From Trypethelium eluteriae (taxonomy: Eukaryota): a stretch of 64,000 nucleotides of DNA. A program made the position numbers and the translations under genes. This document shows, piece by piece, positions 10,648 to 23,025 of this stretch. The stretch is from the NCBI GenBank assembly GCA_051942245.1, contig JAVECL010000015.1, positions 1 to 64,000 on the forward strand. The letters run 5' to 3'. The stretch's first letter is position 1, and each line of letters begins with the position of its first letter. The notes under the pieces are model-generated. The model did not search any database. It saw nothing but the letters and a program-made list of their open reading frames with translations, and was not told where the DNA came from.

Positions 10648-11662
10648 ATGTCTTTCCTTCTACAGCACCAAGGTTCTGTATGCATTCTCTCTGTGATTCT
10701 CCTGATCTTTCCCGCTGCGCATGCGCAGACGTGCTACTGGCCAAACGGCCAGGAAGCATCGGACCAAACGCCTTGCAATAAATCCGCTCCCTACAGTTCA
10801 TGCTGCTATTCCGACAGCTACTGTCTTGATAACGGTCTCTGTCTTGATGGTTATTGGAACCTTCTCTCCGCTGGAAGCTGCACCGACAAATCATACGACA
10901 GCCTGACATGCTTCCAATTTTGCAAGAACCGTAGGTCCACTCCTATATGAGGCCCCCCGCGATCAATGGCCCCTGAGGGCTCCTTCAACTAGTACTCCTT
11001 CCGCACTACTCTATTCCCACTCCATTGCATCTATCGTTGGGCGTCTGATTTCTAGCTCACTCTCACAAGCATCCTGGTCCTGGACCGACCTCATCGCCAA
11101 CTACAACACCACAGGTTTCTGCTGCCACTACTATGAAGATGTCTCCGACTCGGACGATAACCTCTGCGAGTCCAATCTTCCCCACGACAACTCCACCCGT
11201 CCAGTCTTCAACCCAGCCACTGGCCATATCGTCACCGACCGCACTACAGGCAGCATCGTCATGTACAACTCGACAACCCCAGAGAACGCCAGTAACAGTG
11301 CAGGGGTAGCGGGCGCCACGCTGCCGACAGTTACAGCTGGATCTAGCTCGGATTCCAACGGTACAAAGAGAGATGTGGCGATCGGCGTCGGAGTTGGTGT
11401 GCCCTTGATGCTGGCGCTAATGGCATTATCGCTGGTGGCATGGCTAGAAAGGCGAAAGTTGGTGCAGGAAAGAGCACGTTGGCCGTCTAAGCAGGCTTGG
11501 GGTGGGCAAGCACCATATGCGGCGATTCCGGAGCGGAAGGGCGCAGAGGGCGAGCAGAGGGTCCAAGCCCAAGAGTTGGATGTTGATACTGCGAGGCATG
11601 AATTAAGTCCAGTGTCGTTGGGAGAAGGTACGGACACGGGAACGGGAAGTAATGGTAGGTGA
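10648..11662 (+). CDS. Single-pass cell-surface protein with Cys-rich extracellular domain (Mid2-like architecture), 2 exons
   Basis: Signal peptide, then TCYWPNG..PC..CC..C..NGLC..GSCTD..C..C. Intron 10931-11069 restores the frame into a S/T region, a TM helix (IGVGVGVPLMLALMALSLVAW), a basic stop-transfer and an ELD/HEL tail. Confidence 0.75.
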
Positions 11663-12962
11663 GACGCCCTGATATCGGAACGCCCGTCTGACTTTGTATT
11701 ATAGCTGTTTCGAGTACTGAGACGGGATCAATGTTTTCGACGTGGCCGGCTCAAAATTTTAGACTTCCGTCTCACAGGTCATGATTGTAAACTTTTTGGG
11801 CTGTTAATATTGCGGTGCGATCCTTACCATCAAGCTACTATGGGTTTTCTGGACTTTGTAAAGGCAGGAGTTTTTTTTTTCTAGGACGTTCGCGCTACTG
11901 ATCAGCAATGCTACTATCTGAGAACCATTAGTATCATATTTTACCTCCGATTTCTAACAGAAGACAGCAGTGTGCCCAAAAAAGGATTTCTCTCTGCACG
12001 ATTAGGCTCATGCTAACTCGCCACCCAAGACATTCATCTTCGCCACTGACACCGCGTTTTGTTCATTTGAGAACGTGTGTTTTGACATATTGACTACAAT
12101 GCCAACACTAGTCATGGATGCGACTAGATCATGACAATGCATCTAATTTTGGACAACCTGGATCCAAATATTCTCTCAAAACTTGATATGTATTTAGGGA
12201 CAGTTCGTTGCTGCAATGTGTTAAAATATTATGCAATTTCCCTTGCTGGGAATTGTCGTTACCCTTTTACTTCTCATATACAGAAGATGCCAATAACGCG
12301 CTACAGCTGGTGTACCCCAGTCTCCGGTCTGATTCTTTCGCTTGTACGGAGTAGTAGAGAGCATGACATGAGGCTTGGCGTTGTGATCGCTCTTCTCATT
12401 CAGACTTTATGAACCCCACCGAAGTCTTCTCAAACAGTACAGTATCCAGGAGCCGATGAGTCCGGGTAGATTCCACGCTGCTCAATTCCAGCTCGCCCCG
12501 TTATTTGCTCATCTGCAAATTATTTATTATCCAAGTACCATGCCTTGCCCAGAAGACTATCCGCTAGCCCTATGGATAGCAAAAGGGTTGAATAGGACTA
12601 TTCGTGAGACGGTTAGAGTCAGTCTGATCTTTCCTTGGTGCGAAACCGCAATGGCCTTCCTTCAGTCATAGGCAGAGGCGGTTTCCATAGACTACATAAC
12701 TACATACAGGTGAATGGTGGTACTGTCAGATTCTCTTCCGCAATTGAAGTTCGCCGTAAGCGCCACGCTGTAATGACAAAGAATCACGAGAAAAGTACAA
12801 GCTATATAGTAGGTACATGCAGATATAAGACAATAGCCTCTGCAGTCCAGACCCAGACATTGATCCTCTACCACGGTCTGGGTATGATGGCATGGGTTTT
12901 CGTAAAATATCTAAATGAAGAATGATCAAGTCGCCGAAGGATGAAGATGAAAGAGACGTCCT

Positions 12963-15900
12963 TCAGACATCCTGCTCGGACTCTGGTGGATCAGACAAGT
13001 CAGTGTCGCTCTCCTTATCACTGGAAATGGGTATGGGAGTCCGGCCCTTCTTCACCGCTGCCTTCTTGCCAGTACTTCCTTGGGCTACACCATTAGCCAT
13101 ACTTCGATTTGCAAGGACTTTGGTCCTCGACCTCGATGTTCGCTTGGTCTCAGGTTCCGCATCAGGCATCTCCGTTTCCCCATCCTCACCATCCTCACCC
13201 TCTCCCTTCATTTCCCGATCTTCTCCATTCGAGCTCTTCTCCATTTCCTCGTCTTCGTTGTCATCCTCCTCCACGTCATCGCTCTGATTCCACCTCTCCA
13301 TATCTCTCTCATCCTCACTGTCATCTTGCTCCACATAACTCGTACCCCCCTTTGTCCTCCCACTCCTCCTTCGCTCGCTACTTGGCGCTGCGTCCTCGCT
13401 CTCCACCCTTCTCCTCTTTTGGGGAGTTCTCACAGCTCTCGCCTTTTTCTCCCCCTTCTCTGTCTGTCTTTTGACCTTCTTCTTTGCTTCCCGCCTCTCC
13501 CTACCCTCAGCCTTCCTCTTCTTTCCCCTAACCCATACCCTCACGACCCCCTCTAGCCGCTCCCCAACCTCCTCTGCCAAATACTGCTTTGTCGCTACTT
13601 CCTGTGCTTTTTCATGCCCTGACATACGCGCAAAGATATCTGCAGGTAGGCTCAGTTTGCCCGGCCACGCTTGTAAACTCCAGCCCTTCTCCTCCGCGAA
13701 CCTCCGAATTACTGCTTGTGCAAGCTCCGAGACGATGTACAGCCGCTCATTCGCTTGTTCTCTCCCGACTGCATCCGCATCCTCCGAAATGCCGTCCTGC
13801 ACGGTCTTCACGCGCTGTGCAACATGGAAGATGAGCGGGAGGTTGTCCGCGCTCGCAACAGAGGTCAGGTAGAAAAGCAGATACGGCACCGATCCCAAGA
13901 TCTCGTCTCCCTCGCTGTCAAAGTCCGGGTGCCAGGATAGACAGCTTAGCAGGCGGACAAATACGGCTTCCATCGTGGTATCCCGCGCCCGTTGCAGTGC
14001 TGCCGTCCGTGCACGCAACCACGTCTGCGCTGAGGATTTGAGCTGTTCTGCCGGTTCGAAAGCGAGCAGGAAGATGGGAACGTAGAAGCGAGAGGGTAAC
14101 TTGGAGGCGGAGCCAACGGCGAGGTACTTCATCAGCGATCGAATAAAACCGTCACGTACCTTCTCGGTGGGGTCCTGGGCTATGGTGGCGAGATTATTGA
14201 ATGAAGAGGGAGTGAGCAATTGGTCGAGGTGCTTGCTATGTACAGAGAGCTTGAGAAGAAGCTGGGCTGCCTGAAGACGCAGAGCGATGCGGTGTGGTTT
14301 TGGTGATTCTTCGGTCTTGGAAAGTTCGCCATCGTTGGAGACGAGCGTTGTGAGAAGCTTGTAGACAGGAGCAGCAACCTCGCCGATGTCTGTCGTCGCA
14401 GGAGGAAGGCCGCGAAGGCGGTTAACAAGAATCTTGAGTGCCCAGGTTCTGGCTTGGAGATGTCGGTCTGGGTGGACATGCCAGTCCTTTTCGGAACAGA
14501 TGTCGGAATTTGGTTGGTGGGTAAGCAAGACACGGTTGATTGCGATATCGATGATCGCGTCAATATCGTTTTCGAGTTCGACAGGAGCGAGTACTATGAG
14601 CTGGCTAAGGGTAGCAAGCTCAGAGACGAAGTGCGGCGAGCCGTACTGGAAGTCTTTTGTGCATTGTGCAGCCAAATCTTTGGCATGCATTTCCTTTTTT
14701 GGACCGGACATTAGCACTGAGACGGCGTATTTGGCAGCTTGAGGTGGTGAGCCATAAAGAGCGAAGTTAACCATGGATTGGAGGAACTTGCGGTCATTCG
14801 GTATCTCTTGGGGAAATTTCCGAGCAAAGCCTGCGCATGCTTTGAGAGTGTCCACCGCACTTGGATCGTTAGATTGTTTTGCTGATGGCGCTTGCTGTAT
14901 TAGACCTTCGCAGAGTTCCTTAACATGCGTTCTAAAAATGCCCGGGTTTTGTGTGGAGATATCTTTGAGAACCTCATGAGCTGTGCTACTCAAGCCTTTC
15001 TCGTCCGTCCGGGCAAAATCGACGATGGCAGGTACATGGCTGATATTATAGAAGATGATACTCGCCCGCCATACAAGATGTTTGATGGTGTCAAGGACTG
15101 AGGCTCCCGACCCTAGCGATTCTTCGATCCTCTTGGTTAATTCCTTGATTGCTTTTTGCACTTTCCTGTAATCACTCTCGAGTGCCGTACAGAATCTTAT
15201 AAGTGCGTAGCTACGTCGATCGTGCATCTTAGCAAACTTTTGCAAATCTTCCACGGCTTTTGCAGGATCAGGGAGTGTCTTTGCATTCCAGTCAATCAGA
15301 CCTCTCAGTTGCTTCTTGATCTCGGCTTCATTGGTCTCTATCACCCCGCCATTGTAATCTTCACACTTCCTGAGAAAAGCATCCATGACTTTAGCGTTTC
15401 CGGTTTGACGGCCTTGGAAGGCAAAAAATACTTTCTTAGCCCTGGGCTCGAGATCTCGAACGAGCAGAAGCATTCGCTCGACCCTTATTTTGTCCGCACT
15501 GAAAGCTTCATCTGGTTGTCTGTCTAGCTGACTATCCCCATTGATGTGTGACCTGGACTTCTGTAGTGTGCCGTTCGTTTGCTTAGTCTTCAGTGGCGGA
15601 TACTGCAGAGGGAATAGAGAATCGAAGAGGACGTCATCGACAAGGGCATTAATTGCAGAATCGTTGATGTACAGGGTATCAAGGATTCTTGACGGTATAG
15701 GTGCGAATAGTTGGTGCACTCGTTCATTCCCTTCAGCAATTGCGCCAGCGGCGATTCCCCAGATCTTGCCAAGAAGAGTCATGGCTTCAGTCCGAATCAC
15801 GTGCTTGGGGTCTTTCATTCGTTCACTGAGATTGCACAATATGGAACCTGACTCGGCGACTCCTCCGGCTTTGCCCAATTTGAGGACAAAATCTTGAAAG

Positions 15901-17510
15901 CTGAACAGGTCTATAGCCTCGACCGCAGATAAACGAACCTTCTCGTCGCCATCCATAAGCATTGCAGCGAGATACTGGAGAAGGATGGATTCGTCAGTAT
16001 CATCCAATCCAACATTACCGGCCGATGTTAGAATGATTCGTCCTATGGTAGTCGTCCATGCAGCTCGTATTCGTGAGGACTTATCGTTTCTCCTACCGAG
16101 GAAGGTTTGATATGGCGTAGGATAGACGGTATTGAAGGCGTGCGGGGAGTTTGGTGTCGTGAGAAAGTTATACTCGGTCGGACCGCGCGAGATTTGAAGG
16201 CTCTGCGATGGATATGCAGCAGGATCAAGCATAGGAGGTGACGGAGGACCAGCAGCGCCAATTCCCGCAACCATGTCGCCCATCGTCTCCGTAGCCAGTA
16301 GTCTGATATCTTCATTCTCTGCGGCAAGCTCTGCTTCGATCTGGGGAACAATATTCTGAAGGACGTCTGGTGTTGCCCTCCATAGTTCCCTTGCCAATCG
16401 ATGTGCCTTTTGCAGTTCTTTGAGATTTGCCTCTGATGGACCAGAAGTCTCTTCACTGTCGGTCTCCTCGTTGTCTTTTGCCTTGGCTTTTGACCTGGAT
16501 TTGGATAATAAGAGCCCACTCCCAGCGCCTGACACGTTCATAATCACGGAGCTGAAGTACTGTGTAATGTATCTGCCCATCTTTTCCGGCTGTGAATTAC
16601 ATATGTTCATGGCCATATTGTAAGCCGGTGGAGCTTGCTTCATGAGCAAGGTCGATTGTCTGCTGTCAACAGGGCTACTTTTTTTTCCTTTGCCTCCGCT
16701 CCCTTGCAATACTCGAGGGTCAGCCCTCAGGAATTGAGCGAGAACGATCTCAACGACCTGATCCGGCAGCATTTGGGCCTCATCTATGAGAGTTTCCAGT
16801 AGGGCCGTCATGTGGAATTCGACGTTTTTTCCGATTTCTTCACCAGACGAAGCCTTGGACGACCCGGACAGAACGTCGAAACATGATGTGAATATATGTA
16901 ATATAAGGCTACTCGACGCGGAAATATCCACCAGTAGTACTATGCTCTTGACTTTGACGAGAGAATCGAGAACATGAGAATGCTGGGTGTTGTATGGATC
17001 TGAAGGATCGGCTAAAGCAGGAAGGACGAACTTTGCTATGAGCGTGAAAATACCCTGGAGAACTTGTCAGCTCAGTATGTTCAAAAGATTGGACTAAAGT
17101 AGCACCTGAAGCTGTTTCTCATCGAATGGCGCATCAGGCGCGCATAGCCTGAATATCTCTACAAGGCAGCATGCTGTGTATGCTCTTACACCCTTATCCC
17201 GATGGTCAAGGAGTTTAGGTTGTACTAAATCGTTCGCAACCGAGGTCAGACTATCTCGTTCCACGAAGTCTTGCTCATAGTCTTTCAGCTCCTTGAAGAG
17301 CTTCTCCAATCGCGTAAGAAGCTCTGCCACTGGTATTGCTTTGCCGACTGTCCAAGACAACGGCTCTTTAAACTTTAGTCGCGCAATGACTTGTGATTGT
17401 TCCTGATCCTGTGCATGGTCCTCTTCTTGTCTTTGCTCTTCATCCATTTCGGCTGCTTGCTCCTCCACCACTGCAGTTGCGGCATTGCGCCGCCGTCGAG
17501 TAGTAGGCAT
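12963..17510 (-). CDS. PDS5: Sister chromatid cohesion protein Pds5 (HEAT repeat)
   Basis: LLDHRDKGVRAYTACCLVEIFRLCAPDAPF in exon 1; intron 17055-17105; a long HEAT-repeat body and an acidic/basic C-terminal tail. Confidence 0.95.
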
Positions 17511-17660
17511 GCTCGGTCCTGGAGCTGCGAAAGACAGAGTAGGAAGGTCGTTTCCGGAGGGCGCCTTGGTTTAAGGAGCTGCCTTCATGACATGACCTGT
17601 GACCTCAATGCGCCGTTAACGGGAACATGAAAATTGGAGTGCGATTTCTCGGGTCTCACA

Positions 17661-17675
17661 ACGCGCTCGACGCGT
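17661..17675. promoter_or_regulatory. MCB-like elements (ACGCG at 17661, ACGCGT at 17670-17675) upstream of PDS5
   Basis: Motifs lie 150-165 bp upstream of the PDS5 ATG. MluI boxes are established G1/S (MBF) elements of cohesin genes in yeasts; function here is inferred. Confidence 0.5.
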
Positions 17676-17998
17676 TAGGTAGCTATTGGAGAGGTAGGAA
17701 GGCGCCGCGGGGACCAATCAAAAGGCAGCACCAGGGGGAACGTCACCTCTGGCTCAAACACTCCCACTCTCTCACTGAAAGGTACACCTCCCGTAATTGA
17801 ATCTTCCTGCTAACTACAGACTCTTTGCAACTATGGGTCCCAAACATTGATCAGCGACCTCTCATTCACTCTGCGCAGCTCTCATGGACTGTCCATCACT
17901 GAGCTACTGAATCCTCCACTCTCAGGCCCTCGGCCAAACAGCTCTCGAATAGGAACACCGAATTTCTCCTTACGGCTCTCTCCGCTGTAGAACGTATA

Positions 17999-19395
17999 AT
18001 GTCGAAAATGTGGGAAGTGGACCCGGAGACCAGAAGCAAGGTACAACACCGGCTTTTTGAGTCACCTCGAAAAATGCAATCGCACAATAGTCACATGCTG
18101 ACACCCCTTTAGCTCCTGGAAATCCAAAAGGAAAACGGAAACAATCAATGCGTCGACTGCAATGCGCCAAGCCCCCAATGGGCTTCCCCCAAGTTTGGGA
18201 TCTTTATGTGTCTTAACTGCTCTGGCATACATCGAGGTCTGGGAGTCCACATATCCTTTGTGCGGAGTATAACGATGGATGCATTCAAAGCAGCCGAGCT
18301 ATTACGCATGAAGAACGGAGGCAATCAACCATGGAAAGACTTCTTCAATAACCATAAGACCAACCAGCTTCAGGGAATTACGTTCGAGGACAGCACGATA
18401 AATGACCGATATGATAGTGAAGTGGGAGAGGAATGGAAAGACCGGCTGACTGCTAAGGTGGAGGGCAAAGAATATGTTCCGGGCATTAAGACTACTGCAC
18501 CGAAGAAAAAGGATGCGCCGACATTGAGCGCCTCCAATAGCAGGTCACAAACGCCTGTCTCACGAACAATATCCAACGACCGCATCAACGCGCGCTCGCC
18601 TTCTCCTAGCCTAGGTATATCAAGCGTGAACCCAAAATCGCAGAAAGCCCAAAATGAGGCATATTTTGCAAAAATGGGTGCAGCAAATGCTTCACGGTCT
18701 GATGACGTTCCGCCGAACCAAGGTGGCAAGTATGGAGGGTTTGGCAGCTCCCCAATGCCAGCAGCAAATCCTGCTAGTCCTGGTCTCGATGAGTTCCAGA
18801 GAGATCCTGTTGGAGCATTAACGAAGGGTTTCGGATGGTTGAGCACCACGGTCGGCAAACAGGCAAATGCGGGATATCAAGGATGGGTTAAGCCAAATGT
18901 GGAAAAGGTATAGCAAGTTATTGTGTCGTTCGGGGTTACCTGCAGGTTTAACGCTCTTCCCAGCTCGCACAATCCGATCTCGCAGCGCAGGCTCGACGGA
19001 CCGCTACTCAGGTAAGCTCCAACCTCAACCAGAACTTTACTCGGTTTGTCGAAGGCAACGACGACCACCTTGCCTATGGCGACCCAAAACAAGTACGCCA
19101 AAATCCTGGCGTTGGGCCTGACGCCGATCACAAAGATTTCTGGGATTCGTTTGGTGAAGATCCCAGTGGACCTGGCAAGGACAAGGAGGAGTTTTGGGAC
19201 AGTTTTGGATCGCCGCCAAAGGGGCCGAGCGCAGAAAAGAAGGATTTCTGGGACGAATTTTCAGCAGCTGGAGAGACAAGACAAGCGAAGACACAGCCAT
19301 CGAAGAGCACGAGTATAGGGACGAGCGCTATGAAGAAGACACCAGCTGCTTCCACGACGACAGCGAAGAAGGATGAGGATTGGGGTGAGTGGTAA
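17999..19395 (+). CDS. GCS1: ADP-ribosylation factor GTPase-activating protein (Gcs1/ArfGAP1 type)
   Basis: MSKMWEVDPETRSK, intron 18041-18112, then CVDCNAPSPQWASPKFGIFMCLNCSGIHRGLGVHISFVRSITMD. Second intron 18908-18963; ends DEDWGEW*. Confidence 0.93.
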
Positions 19396-19638
19396 AGAGC
19401 CACAAAGCTTTTGCGTGAGCCCATCCCGTCGCCTCTTTCCAGATATCCCATTACGCGTGACATAGACTTGTCACGGATTCTCGGCAGCCCAATGCTCATA
19501 CTGAACGTGTACCTCCGCTGTGTACGAATAGTGTTGTGTTTGTTGCAGTACAAGCTCGGCGCACAGGCTTCCTGGGTTTCCAGCGCTGGCAGCATGGACT
19601 AGAGAGATTTACAAGTTTTAATGCATCTATAAATATGT

Positions 19639-20577
19639 CTATAAAGCCCCCAGTTCCTTTAGCTTCCCAATCATTCCGTCTACATCCTCCACTTTCCCAC
19701 CCCCTTGCCTTGGCGCCGGCTCCACCACTTTCACCGTCTTGAATCGCCTCTTGATATCGATCCCATAATCCTCCATCGTCTTCTTGATCATTGGTTTCTT
19801 CTTCGCTTTCATAATATTCGGCAAACTTGCATACCGCGGCTCATTCAACCTCAAATCCGTCGTAATCACTATTGGTAGCTTTGCTCGCAGAGTCTCAGTC
19901 CCACCATCTACTTCCCGCGTCACAGTCACGGTGCTTCCCTCCTTTTCAACCTCTACTTTCGATGCTTGTGTTGCCTGGCTCCACCCCAGCAGCCCCGCCA
20001 GCATTTGCCCGGTTTGATGCGCGTCGTCGTCGATGCTCTGCTTCCCCAAGATCACCACGTTGCGATCTTCTTCGGCGACCACCTTTGCAAGCAGCTTCGC
20101 GACCGTCAATGGCTCCAAATCGCCTTCCTTCTCGGTATCGACCTGGACGTGGATGGAGCGGTCGGCGCCCATGGCCATGGCAGTGCGGAGAACATCAGCA
20201 GACTTAGCGGGGCCGGCGCTAAGAGCGAGAATGTCAGAGACGGGGAGAGCGCGCTCGCGTAGCCGTATGGCTTCTTCAATGGAGAGCTCATCGAAGGGGT
20301 TGAGGGAGTGTTTAACGCCAGTGGTTTCTATGGCGGTCTGAGATTTGTTGACGCGGGGCTTGACCTATTTTTGAGCAAATTTTGCCATGTCAGCTTGGTA
20401 CTCTTCCAAGCTACGTGAGCACTCCTTTATAGCCGGTTAGGATTGAGGTCCTTAGGTATTGCAAGAAGGTTGAGAGGCCTAGTTGCGCCAGAGATATGGA
20501 AGATAGAGAACGTGAAGGGGACGTACTGCGTAGTCAATGACCCGTTTTACAGGCACCAGTATCCGGAGTCCCGACAT
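19639..20577 (-). CDS. ETFB: Electron transfer flavoprotein beta subunit
   Basis: MSGLRILVPVKRVIDYA, an intron, then NPFDELSIEEA, AMGADR, GKQSIDDD, DLRLNEPRYASLPNIMKAKKKP. Confidence 0.95.
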
Positions 20578-20703
20578 TGTTGGCAATTGTAAAAGTCGGT
20601 ATGGACTTTTCAACTATCAACAACGTCGGCAAGGTGTGAGTACAGGAGGGACATGGGACGGTTCTTGCTCCACTCCGCATTGAGGTGCAAGTATCCACGG
20701 CAT

Positions 20704-20709
20704 CCTCGG
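20704..20709. promoter_or_regulatory. CCTCGG (FarA/FarB-type fatty-acid response element) upstream of ETF-beta
   Basis: Motif about 130 bp upstream of the ETF-beta ATG. CCTCGG is the established Aspergillus FarA/FarB core site; function is inferred. Confidence 0.4.
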
Positions 20710-20880
20710 TCTCGGCAAACTTGCCGAAAGACAGGGACCCCGATCTCGATGTTCCAACTTTAACCTCACCTTCCATACCGAATGTGCCGCTTGAGCATCT
20801 TTCTCCCGCTGTGCTAGCCTCGTACCCTCAGTCCGAACGTAAGGAAAGGAATAGCATGAAGCCTGCGTATAGAAACAATC

Positions 20881-23025
20881 ATGCCCCGTAAAAGAGCGCC
20901 GAAGACTACACACGTCCCTGCGTCAACACCAAGACCGTACGTTTACGAACACACAGAGGACCCCTCTCCATCTGTCCAACCGCCATCTCCCTCTGCACAA
21001 CCACCCTCCACCACGACCAATTCTTCCAACACGTCTCTCTGCGCCTCACTACCAAGCTTTTCCGCCGCTCTCTCAGAACACCTCAGAGGCAGCGACCTTG
21101 CCTTTATTCCCGAACTATGCGTATATACTTTCCGCTTCGAGCCGTCCGCTAGCTTTCTCGTCGACCTATCGAGCCTTCCTAGTCTTGCGCAGACTTTACC
21201 AAAGAAAGCCAACAGTGTTGGCAGTAGTGGTGCGACGTTGAATGGATCTGAGCAAAGGAAAGGAGAAAGGGAGAAGGAGCTTTACCTCGTTACTGTAGCC
21301 GGAACCCTGAACCTTGCCGACACGGAGGCAGATCGGTTAGCAAAGCAGAAGGCTGTCGCGCGCGCGATTGTAGACACTGTGCAGGAGACGGACGGCTACA
21401 TGTACGCGCGTACGCATCAGCGTGTGTTGAAGGAGGAGCAGGGCGTACATATGACATTTAACTGTAGTGACTCACAGCAGAATAAGGACCGCGTGGCGAA
21501 TAAAAAGAGAAGCAAGGCAGGGGATGCAAATCAGGAGCAAGATGAAGGCCGAGAAGGTGGAATACTAGAAGGAGAGAATGGCGAGAATGTAGAGAAGAAT
21601 AATAAGAAGACGAGCAAAAGGTTGCCAACGTACGATTGCAAAGGCGCGGTGACTGTCAGGTTCAGCTCAAAGAGTAAGGTCTTGGAAGTTGTTTACCGGC
21701 ACTTGATGGTGCATCGGGAAACAGCATGGCAGACGCGACAGCCACGTAAAAGAGCAAGCAAGGAGGAGGCCGAGTTACGGAGGGAGGAGAAGAGGAAAGC
21801 GAAGGAAAAGGAGAGGCGAGCAGGCGTATCGAGGCTAAGTCCTACGATTGGAAAAAGGAAGAGGGGCCCGTTGAGCGCAGAAGGGCAAAAAAATATGGAA
21901 GCAAATGAGCAAGGTTTAGGTGCTGGCGAAGTTAACGGAGGAACTGATAGCCAATCTCCAGAGAGGTGGAAACTTGCAAGTGGAAGCATGGATGAGAGCA
22001 ACCTTGACACACTTGCGGAGCTGTTGAGAGCAGATATTGATAATATGAATCAGGAGGCCGCCGCTGTGGCAGCAGCTATCGCTGCGAGCGAGGATACTCG
22101 TATCGCTGGTGAAACAGCTAAAACCATGGGGCAGAAAAAGAAAACTGTTAGGACAAAGGGAAACTGCCTCACCTGCCGGAAGCGCAAAGTCAAGGTGCGT
22201 GGATCTCTTTGCAGCGTGCTGAGGCAAAGAATGGAAAAAAAAAAAAACAACCAAGAACGATTCAATGCTGACAGTTGCTATCTCAGTGTGACCAGACAAA
22301 ACCACGGTGTGCCACATGCACAGTCAAAAACCGCGAATGTACATGGTCAGACCATGCACAGGCCAATGCCGAGAGTGATCCTCGACCCGCTGATAAAACA
22401 ATTGAAACGATTGAGGCAATGCCCAAAATTCTTGGGTGCTTGAACTGTCGAGAAGGAAAAGTAAAGGTATAATGAAGGAGATGCCAAAGTTTTATGTTCT
22501 GGCAGTTCTGACCATGATTAGTGTGACCGAGAGAGGCCCTCTTGTCTCGCTTGCCGTCTTAAGAAGCGTGAATGCATCTACTCCGAGACGGAAGAGTCCA
22601 GCACCAGACCACCTACGTTATCTAGCGACCACTCTGTGTCATGGGCGAAGCCGACCCAGTCGCAGCATACGCCGGTTCTCGAAATGAACTCGCCGATGAG
22701 TCTTCCACAAGGCACACCGGTTTCAGGGAATGGCTTATCTTCACAAGAGACCTCGGGTGGAGGAGCTGTGTCAACGACGGCAGTAACACCAGCGCGAGCG
22801 GTGTTGCATGGTACAAAGCCGTCACAGTCAGAGGGATCGATGGCGTCTGATAAGAAGCCAAGGAAGAAACGGAGGAAGAAGTCGCCTCCTCTTCGATTAG
22901 CGTTTTCACCTTCTCCACCGCCCCATGAAAGAGCTTGCGAGCCTGCCGTCGGACACCACCGGTCGTTGTCGGACCGTCACTCAAAGCACGAGGAAGACAT
23001 AGTATTTGAAGCGGAAGATCCATAG
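20881..23025 (+). CDS. Transcription factor with two C-terminal Zn(II)2Cys6 clusters and an N-terminal C-C-H-H domain
   Basis: Introns 22195-22286 and 22467-22521 join CLTCRKRKVK|CDQTKPRCATCTVKNRECTW and CLNCREGKVK|CDRERPSCLACRLKKRECIY. The last exon is in frame to the stop at 23025. Confidence 0.85.
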
